From Vicugna vicugna (Eukaryota), in NCBI GenBank assembly GCA_013265495.1, contig MU057703.1, positions 1 through 38,830 of the forward strand: DNA of 38,830 nt, given 5' to 3'. The notes under the pieces were generated by a model. That model was not told the origin of the DNA, made no database searches, and saw only the letters and a list, made by a program, of their open reading frames with translations. This document shows positions 12,401 to 24,400 of the stretch, in pieces. Position numbers and translations under genes: made by a program. Every line of letters starts with the position of its first letter. The first letter of the stretch is position 1.

Positions 12401-15400
12401 CAGTAAATACCTTGATGAGAACAGGAATATTTTGAGGGTAGATATTTCCCTATTTGTCTTCATTGGTACTACTATCACATGTAATGAAGTCACCAGTTAC
12501 CAGGAAGTTTCCAATCCAGGTAAATTAAGATGCCTAAAATAAATTTAGGGCATTTTTTTTGAATCTCACATTGAGATATTTTGTTTACTCAGTGAAAATG
12601 ATCATGGGAAGAAATATTTCCTCTATTCTATTAAATATATAGCCCAGTATACTTTGTAGAATTCAACCCAGGCGTTGAGAAAACACTATCAGAGCAGACG
12701 CTGGGAGGCTTTTTGGAACTGCTAGATGTCAAAGCTGTGACAAAGTTCCTGAAATAAGAGAAAAAAAGAACGTGCCAATTTTGTATTCCACCATAATTAT
12801 ATTGTAATATAAGATTAGTTATGACCAAAAAATCTAAAACATGATTCCATGGGTAATAAAGTGCAATCAAAAGGTTTTTTGGTATATTGATTACCACGCA
12901 CAGATTTGCTTTTTTGGAATATTAGCTAGAAAATTTAGAGAACTAATAGGAAGGAGATTAAGGGTGGAGGCGTGCCATCCAGTTTGAGACAGTTAGAAGT
13001 TATGCATGATTTAGACTGAAATAGGCGGTAATGTGGGGAAATAGAAGGCAGAAGGATGATCAGAAGGAATGAGCCATGTGCTGACAAGTTCAAATTGGTT
13101 TCAATGTGCTGGTGGGAGGTACAGGAGAGGAAGAGGGTTGGGTGAGTTCTAGTGTGTGGTTTGGGTGCCTGGGTGGATGGATGAAAAGTGCCACCTACTA
13201 AACTTTGGGAATATACTGGAGAAAGAATAAAACTGATAACTGATGGAAGACATGGTGAGGTCAGATTTTAACAATTTGAGTTTAAAATGCTCTGAGGTTT
13301 CCAGTTAGTATGCTCAGCAGGAGTGAGAAGTACAGCCAGAACACAGAAGAGGGGCTTGCACTGGAGAATGGGGTTTGTCAGTCACTCATTTACAAGTAGT
13401 ATTTGAAACTACAGATGCTGGTGGGTTTCTTTAGAGTGAACATACGGAATGAGAAGAGGAGACAAATAAACTGAAACATGATTTCTTGGACCATCGAGGA
13501 TGGGCAAAGGCAAGGGAGCCTGAAAAGGGGAGGACTTGGGGCTCAGCAGTTGCCAACATGGGTTAGTCAAATCCATAAGGCAACGTTTTGGAGTACTGGG
13601 ATGTGACCCAAAAGACTATATTCCTTCTAATTTGGGGATTCAGAATCTCAGATCAAAGAGGATCAACCAGAATTTGTGGAGAACTTATGTGTTTTTTCTT
13701 TTTCTTCCTTTCTTTTTTTTTTTCCTGCTGGAAAACCAGGGAGTTAAGTCACTAGAAATAAATCATGTGAATATAGGACAGACATTTTCTCATTTAATAT
13801 GTTTCTAGATGACTCTAGATCTAGAGAAGTAAGATCTGTGGAGCAATGATGACTTTTCCCCGTACATTTCCTTTGACAAGCAGTCATAAGAAAGTGCGTT
13901 GGAAAATACGACAAGCTTAACTTTTTAGTGCAAGAAAAAAATATTAAATTGTTTTCTATTACTTCAGAGAAACAGGAACACCTGTCAATACCACACTTCT
14001 TAGGGTGAGAAAGGCTTTGTGAGGCTAATCTTTCTTTCTTATTACAGGTACCACTAAGGTAGCCTCTGGCACAACAGTTATTCCTGGAAGTTCCAGCACA
14101 GGCAAGTCAACATTTAGTAAGTGGCTCTAAGTAGCTAAGCCTAGAAAAGTAGAAACTCTTCTCTGGAATTGTAGCATCAACACAGCCTTCCTGATTTCAC
14201 CCTTATTTGCCTTTGCAGGTACTGCTGTGGTACCAAGCAGAATTACTGGTGTCCCAGAAACCTCCAGCCCAGGTAATGGAAATATCGGATTCAAATGAAG
14301 TTAACATGCTCAACATTTTTCCCCCCTTTAACACCCAAGGGTTTCAGAAAGCTAATATTGATCTCTGTGAATGAGTATCAAACTCGAGTTGTAAAAGAAA
14401 AATTATAGCAGGTGAAGTTAGGCAGGCAGGGAAGGATTTACGGTTATTACAATAGGAGTCAAGACCGTTGCAAAAGGGTTGAGATTTTGAACTCAGGTCT
14501 GCTGACATAAAAAAAGGGAGAGTTTTAAGTGCTGGGGTGAACTTGTGGAAAATACTGGAGGATGTTAGGGGAGGGGTGTCTGTGTGAGTGAGCCACCTAT
14601 GTTGGCTAATTGGTGCTTACCGGATGAAGTTAAGCTTCTACCTTCCCACAGAGACAGGGAGATCAGGGCACTATTTCTCTTTTCTTTTTTTAATTGAAGT
14701 ATAGTTGATTTATAATGTTATATTAGTTTCAGATGTAAAGCATTATGCTCCAATGTTTTTATAGATTATACTCCATTTAAAGCTATTAAAATAATGGCTA
14801 TATTTCCATGTGCTGCACAATGTATCATTGCTGCTTATCTATTTCATACACAGTAATTTGTATCTCTTAATCTCATACCTCTGTCTTGCACCTGCCCCCT
14901 TCTCTCTTCCCACTGGTATCCACTAGTTTGTTTTCTGTATCTGTGAATCTGTTTCTATTTTGCTATGTACATTTGTTTGTTTCATTTTTTATATTCTAAA
15001 AAATATGACTATTATATAAGTGATAATTATTTACATACAAGAGATAGTATATGGTGTTTGTCTTTCTCTGTCTGGCTTATTTCACTAAGCACAATACTCT
15101 CTAAGTCCATTCACATCGTTGCAAATGGCAGAATTTCATTCTTTTTTATGGCTGAGTAATATCCCAATGTGTACACATACCATACCTTCTTTATCCATGC
15201 ATCTGTTGATGAACACTTGGGTTGCTTTCATGTCTTGTTTACTATAAAAGTTGCTGCTATGAACGTTAAGATGCATGTATCTTCTTGAATTAGTGTTTTG
15301 GGGGGTTAATACATACTCAGGAGTGGAATTGTTGGATCATATGGTAGTTCTAGCGAATTAAAGACTTAAATGTAAGACCTGAAAACATAAAAGTCCTAGC

Positions 15401-18400
15401 AGAGAACATCGGCAGAACTCTTTGACATAAAACATAGCAATATATTTTTTTGATTCTGTCTCCTAAGTCAAAAGAAATGAAAGCAAAAATAAACAAATAG
15501 GACCTAATTAAACTTAAAAGCTTTTGCCCAGCAAAGGAAACCATCAACAAAACGGAAAGACAACCTACTAAACGGGAGAAAATATTTGTAAATGTTACGA
15601 CTTACCAGGATTAATAGCCAGAATATATGAACAGCTCACATGACTCTCCCCCTAAAACTAATACAGGAGAACCAGGAAACCAGGCCATAGGGAGTAAAAG
15701 AGTTAAGTGTGAAAATAGTTCTTGTTATTTAGAGAAGGGGACCCACAGTGAGAAAGTTACCGTTGAAGGAAAATACTCAGTTCCTCTGTGCGCAAGGAGT
15801 TAAGTTAGTGCCCGTTACCTCTCAACGGCAGGAGCATGAATTAGCATTAGTAGGCGTGTTAGTCCACTCCAGGTGCTTTGAGACTCTTCCTCTACGTGAA
15901 GATGGTTTCGGACCATGCTCTTCTGAGACCAGAAAAAGTTCACTGTTCTTTCCCTACTCATTTTAGGTCCCTCCAAGGAAGCATCTGAAACAACCACCGC
16001 TCCTGGAATTTCTACCACAGGTAAGTCAGATAATTAACCAATGCAGTTTGCTTGGTGGCAACTCAGAAGACAGGACAGCTTATCTGAAGTTAAACTCTAG
16101 CTTTTCTAGTCCCCTCTGCTCTCCACTTTTGTTCCTCTCTTAGTGGTCCCTGCTTCCACAGTGGTCAAGGGAGCTCTGGGACTAGTATGCAAACAGATGA
16201 ATGCTAGTAACACAAACTCTTCAGTGATCAGTGTACCTGGTAAAGATTTTACATATAAGGAGTTGGGTTTGGGGGAGACAAGTGGTGGGAAAGAAACAAG
16301 AGAGAGAGGCCAGGAAGATTACCCTAAGTTTCCTTTTGGAACATGACTTTGAAGTTCAGTTAGAGATTTTTTTTCCCTCTAGGATTTTTGGGTTAGACTT
16401 TCACCAGAGCTCCTCTCCTGAAGACTTTGGTTATGAGCTTGATACGTCTGAGAACGGGTTTATGAAAGTATGAAATATTCCTGATTTTTTTGTATTTTCT
16501 TCTGCAGCCTCCATCTCAGTGTCAACAGCAAGCCCCACAGTATCCTACCCAGGTAAAATGAAGTGACCCAAATGCACTGCAGTGAACTATGTCTTCCACA
16601 GGAAGCTTTCCTTAAGCGTGAACGCATGCGATCATTTGTACATGTACACACACAGAGACTTCATATCTGTACACGCTATTCTAATCAATAAACTGACAGC
16701 ACCATCCTTTTGTTTCTCCCCAGAAACCACTGTAGTAGCAACAGGAGATCAAGAAACTGAAAATAAAACAGATCAGTGTGGGGAGAGTCCTAAATTCTTT
16801 GTTACTTCTTCAACTCTTCAGTATCTTCTATGTGCTAGACTCTGTGGCAGACACTAATAGTGAAAACATCAGTAAAATAAAGCCCTTGCCATTTTTTTTT
16901 ACTTTGTATATGTTGGGGGAGGAGAGATTATTCTGGGCACAGGTAACATCATTACAGTGTATTTAATGCTACTCAAACGTGTGCAACAATTATGTTCCCA
17001 GGAGTGCAGTGAGAGTAAAGTGTTAATTTCTACTGACTAGTTGGTGGTGTTGAGTGAAGCCATCAGAGAAGAGATGATTGAGTTTAATACTGACTAGGGT
17101 GAGGATGGAATTCCTGCCAAACAGTACTTGAAAAAGACATGAGACAGCATGAGTGACTTCAGGAATCAACCAGATATTGGTTATGTCTGTAGGGGATTCA
17201 GGGAAGAAATGAGATTAGGAAGGTAAGCAGAAGAATGTTTATGAAGGACCTTATTTCCAAACTTAAATGAGACTTTATCTTTATAATAAATGGGATCTCC
17301 GTAAGGATTTTATGAAGAGAATACTATGATCAGATAGGTCTTAGAGAAATTATTCTGATAGCCATGTGGGTATTATGAGATTATATTTTTTTCTTCTTGT
17401 TGCATATTTCACGAGTGAACTCTTGGAATCCTGAGTGGGGATGATTTTCTGCTGTATTTATGCATAAAGATCATTTCTATCTCTTGTGGCTGGTTTCTGC
17501 TACTCTTGCTAAGCATTTATAATTGGAAATTATCCTAGTCTCCCTTGGTAAAGAGAAACATTTTATCCCCCAAATTTCCACATCTTTAATTAATTTTTTA
17601 CCTGTTTTTCTACACCTAGTAATTGTTAGGATCCTTTATGTGAAGAAATGTTAAGTTACTCTCAAATATTCTGTTGCTTCTAGGACAGCCTTCTGCTTGG
17701 TAGATAGAATAGAAATATTCATCTGACTTTTAGCAGTTTGGGAATAGAATTTGAAATTTATGAGTGGATTGTTGTGTTGACCAAACTTTGTGATATGTGA
17801 AGACTCAAAAAATATAAGCAGTTTAAAGCATTTGGTCGGAGTGGAGATAGAACAAGATTAAAATATTTTAAGAAGACAAAAAGGATAAAAATTGTTAAAG
17901 GATTAAAACCAGGTAACTAATAATACTTTGATGTTTCCTGTACTAAATTGTCCTTTTCCTTGTTCGATTGTGTATCTTATTGTCGTATTTATCAGAACTG
18001 CCTTCCAAGAAATTTTGAAGTAAGAGAAGTTTACCTCAATTCTTACTTCTTTTGATTCTCATATTTCTCTCCTGTTAAAATTTGAGATCCAAAGGAAACA
18101 CTCTCTAACAGTGGAATATCAAATGCCATGAGGAGTAGAAGGGGAAGATTGATGAGAATATGTTTGTTTGTAAGACTAACAATGTAGCCATGTAACCAAT
18201 TGTTTTTAGTAATTAGACAACTATACTGACTCCAAAACATTTCCAAGAACTTTAAAGACTAATATGAGGTATCTGTTTTCACACAGGGTGTCCAGAATCA
18301 CTTCCACCACCTCCAGGTAAGAATACTTCCACTTAAAATTCAATCCTTCTACATTAATGTTTTTTCTTGTAAATTAAATTTCAGAGCTCATGCTGATAAA

Positions 18401-21400
18401 AGTCACAACTATGGAAGCATTATAGAATAGAAAAACTTGAAGTGGATGAATTTAGATTTTATTCACCAAATAAATAGTGAATGATAGTCTGTTTTCTCAC
18501 ACACAAACAAATAAAATCAAACCAAACAAATGCATCTTGTCACTTAGTCAAAATAGAATTTATCTACTAAATAAAGTGTTTCATGTAACTATATGATATT
18601 TTGATCAAAATATTGCCACTGGATAGTATTATTTAAACTAGATAATTCTAGCTTTTTTTGAGACTGAATTATAGCAAGAAAAATTAGAGGTAACCAGAGC
18701 TCAATAATTTTAGTGGACTTTGCATTCCTTTAAGATTTATCAAGCCAATGTGATGTGCTTTGCAGAAAGTGACAAAAGTAACCCCCCCTCAAAAAATTAT
18801 TCTCTGATCTTACAGTATAGTGGGAGGAGGGAGATTTTCAAAGAAACAGGCAATTTTTATATAAGGCTGAAAATAAATCTCCCAGCAAAAAATGTGATGT
18901 GTTATATAGAGAGTACATGTTATGTGTCACATATGTTACATATATTTTGTACTCTGGAAGGATTCTGGAATAGGAATTTGAGAACAGTATGTAGACTAGT
19001 CCAGAATATGTAAATAAGAGAAATAAGGTTGAGATGATATATTGAAGACACTTTATGGCAATCTCAGAAGCTAGAATGCAAAAATAAGGTATTTATTTTA
19101 CAAGACTCTATGGGATATCAGAAATTTTTAATCAAAGAAATGATGAGATAAAATGTAGGCTTTAGGAAAACGATTCTACCTGTGGCGTAGGGAATGGAAT
19201 TGGCTGGATCAAGAAGATGTCTGAGTCAGAGTCATCCCATCCCTGAGCGTGCTAGATTATGAAAGATCAAAAATGAGAAGGTCCTGGAGTAGTATAGTAA
19301 CATGTAAAATCAGGAAAGGAAGGGATTCAGATGAGGATAAGGATATGAGATTTTGCAGTCGATTTGGATGCCAAATGATGGAAAGGAAGCAATCAAGATG
19401 ACGTCCAAGTTTTAAGCTTAAGTAATTGCAAGAATAGTTCAGTCCTTAACAGGAGGTAGGCAGTTTAGATGAAAAACTCTTTTTAGAGGCAAGATGATAC
19501 AATCTGTTTTGTGCACACTGAGGTTGAGGTTCTTATAGATCTGCAGGGATGCTGTTCATTAGGCTGAAGTAGATGTGGGGCCACAGCTCACCAGAGCTGT
19601 CTGGACTGGAGCAGAAGTTAGACAGTCAACTATTTGATATTACAGTAGATACTGTAAAGATGGGGGGAGGTATCAGAGGAAAGGATAGAGACAAAATGAA
19701 AGAGAGGAGAAGGAGTTGCTAATAAAGAGAGGGATTTCAGTGTTGAATCTGAAGGAAGAATATTTTCAAGATTTAAAAATGTCAGCTATCATAAAGAACT
19801 TGGGAAACTGAGAAAGAGTCCTTGGGACTGGAAATTATGTAGACTCAGTTGGTGACTGACTTGTAGGATTATGGAGGCAGAAGTCAGAAAGTAAAATGAT
19901 AAGTGAAACAGCAGCCATAAGATCTGTTGGCTACTGCCAGGAGAGATCCAGAATTATCCTTTGCTGGAGATTGTAAAAATAGGAAATGTTTGTATACTTG
20001 TTAGAAACAGTTTCCTCAAAGTAGGTGGATGTCACTTATCCACCTGAAGGCACCTAACAATCCTTCACAATTCTGTTATTTCTGAAATCCTAGTGCCAAT
20101 TCAGTATTGCTCACCTGGCGGTTATCTACAATAACAGTTATATTTTGCCAAATTTGATTCACATTTGTCATTTCATGTTAAACAGTTTGTCATGGCCCAC
20201 TGGGAGAAGAGAAGTCTGTAAGTACACAGCTTCTACTTTAAGCCACATTTGCTGCCATTCCTGTATTTGAGTAGAAGTCTAAACCTGGCTTGTATTTGTA
20301 GCCTGGAGACATATGGACGGCCAACTGCCACCAGTGCACCTGTACCAACGAGAATGCTGTAGACTGTATGCTCAAGGAATGCCCTTCTCTACCGACATGT
20401 AAAGCAGAAGAGAGGCTTGTAAAGTTCAAAGATAATGATACCTGCTGTGAAATCGGATACTGTGGTGTGTGTTCGTAATGCATGGTTTGAATTGAATTGA
20501 ATAGTTGTTTACTCGTTCGGATTTTCAAGAGATTCTTACGGAGCTACTGATCTGGGTCAAATGCTTGATGGGTGTGATAAATAAAACAAAATCACTACTT
20601 GCCTTCTTGAAACTTACTAGAAACTTTGGAGTAGGGGAAACCCAGTATTAGTCATTATGAATACAATCAGTGGATTAAAAAAAAGATATTGGTGTTATAG
20701 GAAGAAACATCATGTTTCCTTATTGGTTGATAAATATGATCTCATGTACAATTTCTGTTTTGTAAATAACAAATAATTATGCTTATCTTAGGATGAAATA
20801 TGTATTTATTTTTCAGAACCAAGAACATGTTTATTTAACAATACTGACTATGAGGTAAGGTCATTTCTACTTTTAAATATACTTTTGTTAATATAATTAT
20901 GAATAAATGTCGGATCTTTCAACTTATATAAAAAAACATGGGTAACAGTGGAGTAGAATCTTTTTTTTCCATATTTATTCCAAAAGAAAGGTCAAATGTA
21001 ACATCTACCGTAGCTTGCTTCGAAGGGGAACAATATACTTGATCATTAACCTAGCAATGGAGCTTCCGAACAAAATTTCCCATGAGTCTCGCCAGATGGA
21101 AGATGCACAGTTTGTAACATTCAAATCCATGAACAGAGTTAAACTGCAATTATAACCCAAAAGATCAGATGGCCAAACTGTCAGAGATCAAATAAGAAAA
21201 CCCAAAGGACTAGAACTCCATTATTGGTGATACAGCAACACAGTATATTCAGGGCTGGATTTGGCATACTGAAAAGAAATTTAGCTTTTTAGAAGAAGTA
21301 TCAGGAAGCCACAGAAATCAGATGGTTCTCAAATTGATATTAACAAACTTGAACTGGTGATATTAAATATAAAAAATCTAAATCTATGCAGATACTAACT

Positions 21401-24400
21401 ACAGTACATAAAATAGATAAACAACAAGGTCCTACTGTATTAACACAGGGAACTATATTCAGCACCTTGTAATAGTCTATAATAGAAAAGAATATGGAAA
21501 GGAATATATATATCTATATATATTTGAATGACTAGAAATTAACACAACATTGTAAACTGACTATACTTCAGTAACTTAAAAAAAAAACACAGTCTGCTGG
21601 CTTGTACTCTCAGCACTAACCTAGCATTTTAAAATTTGTGGGTTTTTTGAGATTAATAGAAAATATAAGCTGTACATCTTCTAAAGGAAAAAACTAAAAA
21701 AAATCTAAATCTAAGATAAAATATGTGGTGTGTTAAGAAATACATAAAACAGAGCCTGTAATTTAATAATATTTTAACTTGATAACTCATGTATTACACT
21801 CACATTTCTATCTGGGCGTCTTAATTTGTAGTTTCCAAAGGTGATCTGACTTGAGAATCTATGGCAGTTTTTTTAAACATTTATATGCAAAATAGTTGAA
21901 ATAAGAAAATTTCAGTTTACCAGAAAGTTCATTTTGTGGTATGAGGCCCTGATATAAATAGAATTTTCCAAACTGGTATTTGAATTTTGAACATAAATTA
22001 ATTATAAAGCAGTCTAGAAAGCTTTAAAAGCATAGGAGCACAAGCAAAGATTAAAGATATCTTGTAGGACTTGCCTTTAAAATCCTTGAAAAATAAAATA
22101 GTGCCACTATAGATGAATCTTAATTTGAGGATTGAGAATCTTGACCACTCCCTGGTTGCAATGGAAGAACTGATTTATTCATAGACAGAGAAGTCTTTAA
22201 TCCATCTTTTCCTAAGTATTAATCTAATGGCTGAAAGCACCTCTAGAAATTCACTAAGCATTATGAATTTGAAAAATTTTTATAGATTTTATTGTTAACC
22301 TAAAAGGGAAATCAAGATGAATAATCATTTTGTCTCTCTCTCTCCCTACCTCCCAGGTTGGTGATTCATTTGATGACCCCAACAACCCATGTGTCTCCTA
22401 CACTTGCCTCAACACTGGTTTGACTGCGGTGGTCCAAGACTGCCCGAAGCAGACCTGGTGTGCAGAGGTAAGTCATCTTCTTACGTCACGATCAACAAGA
22501 ATCACTTCTGATGTTATAATATAAACACAACCTGTCTTCTTTCTCATTTGGAAAAGTTGGTACCTGGACAGTGGAACTAAAACTCCACCTTTTATTGCCA
22601 ACTATACTTTTCATATCAGATATGTATCTGCAGTCTGTATAAAACTTAATCTAATGCTATTCCAGAAGTAAGTTACTGTAGAAAACATTTTGCTAGTTTT
22701 AAACGAACACAAAATACTAATTTTTCAAGGTTCATGGATTCACATTAATCATTTTCTGTAAAAAATACAATTTTAACCTAATCACATAAATGTGTACTGT
22801 TCAGATCTCTCTTTGTGCCACAGTCTTCATTTTTAATCCCCTAAATTATAGTGAGGAGTTTATATTCATGAATAGTTAAGTTTAAATTATTAAGAGAGGT
22901 TTAAACTTAACTGTCTTTTCTTTCTGAAGATATAATTGACCATATTGTTTAAAGTTTTATTTTAGAACTCCAATATTGGATTTCCATCAACATTTATTGA
23001 TTTTTTACTTTGAGACATTGATAGCTTCGAGACTATAATAATGTGTAAAGTAAAAACCCTGCCTTGTGAGAAGCTTACAGTGTCTCGTAGTAATCTCATT
23101 ATTAAAGTATTTTTCAATTAAAATAAGAGAGGGATGTTTTTAAATTTTTTGCATTTTATTTTAAAGAAAAATTTGTTTTTCCCTTTCTACTCACAGTTGA
23201 AAATTTTTTGTATAGAAAGTTTCATTTTTATTACTATGTCCTCCCATCCATGCTTACTGGATGTTTATCTGTTCTATTTTCCCTTTTGTGATGCTATTTC
23301 AATAAGCTAATAAATGTTTATTTGTAGAAAAATACAGGTTTTTTCAGTCTTTTTCTTTTTTTCTTACCCCTATAGGAAGACAGAGTCTATGATTCAAAGA
23401 AATGTTGCTATACATGTAAGTAAAATTAACCTCCACATCTAAAGGACATGTAACCTGTTAGTGAAAATTTAGTGTTTCTTTAAAACAAAGTGGCAGCTCA
23501 TTAATAGGAAGGGGGGCCTAATCTCCTGTGTTTTTAACAGAACAGGTAATCTAACCCATATGCATTAAGTAACCGTTGACATTTGTACATGATGTACTAG
23601 TGTTACTTAATCATGCTGGTTACAATACTCTTCCCAGTAAAATCCAGTGATGTTTACAAGGGAGGAAATTTAATTTTCATGGAAAAAATTTAGTTTGCTC
23701 TCCTAACAGCAGCAGGTTATGTTGTAAATTGGTGTATTAGATCATGAGAGTGACCAGCAATGAGAAAATGGATGTCGAAAGCAACCATCCTTCTCTCTTT
23801 TCTTCCCTCCACCCTCTTTCTTCTCTCCTCCTTCCTCCCCCTCCCCTTCCTCCTCCTTTTTTTTCTTTCCCCTTCTCCTATGAAAGTAATAATAAAAATA
23901 GTATTAAGATAACATTTACCAAGTATTGATCAGGTACCTTGAGCTGGTGCTGAGATAGTTAATCCCTTCGATAACATTGTGGAATATTTGTTATTCTTCT
24001 CTGCTTCACAGTTAAGGAAACTGAGACTTAGCAACTGTTAATGTTAAACCTCATTTCTGATTCTTTTATCCATTTTGTTTTAGGTAATACTCATTGCACA
24101 TCTTCTCCCGTGAATGTGACTGTTACCTACAATGGTTGCAAGAAAAAAGTTGAAATGGCAAAATGTGTAGGGGAATGCAAAAAGACTCTCACGTAAGTTT
24201 TTCTATAAATGTGTACCGTGCATTAGTTTTGTAACGTTGCGGAGTAAATTAAGCTTTTAAAACATTACATGGACGAATGTTTACCTGAAAGCTAATGCTC
24301 AGGACCTGATTAACACCAAATATTAACATTTGCAAAATAAAATGAACATTTTAAATAGTGATTATTTTGAAGTAGTGTTCTAAATAAGTCATACATTTGG

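Noticed and set aside
13968..14004. AG/GT-flanked 37-nt candidate exon
   Set aside because: Not a multiple of 3 and leaves only a 43-nt intron to exon 14048.
398..16771. Regularly spaced similar short motifs as a CRISPR-like or novel repeat-spacer array
   Set aside because: The units are splice-site-flanked mucin exons in a mammalian gene, with variable sequence and spacers of 100 nt to over 1 kb; no cas genes.
916..16777. AT donors as U12 (AT-AC) minor introns
   Set aside because: None matches the U12 donor ATATCCTT, and the downstream acceptors are AG-type with U2-like pyrimidine tracts.
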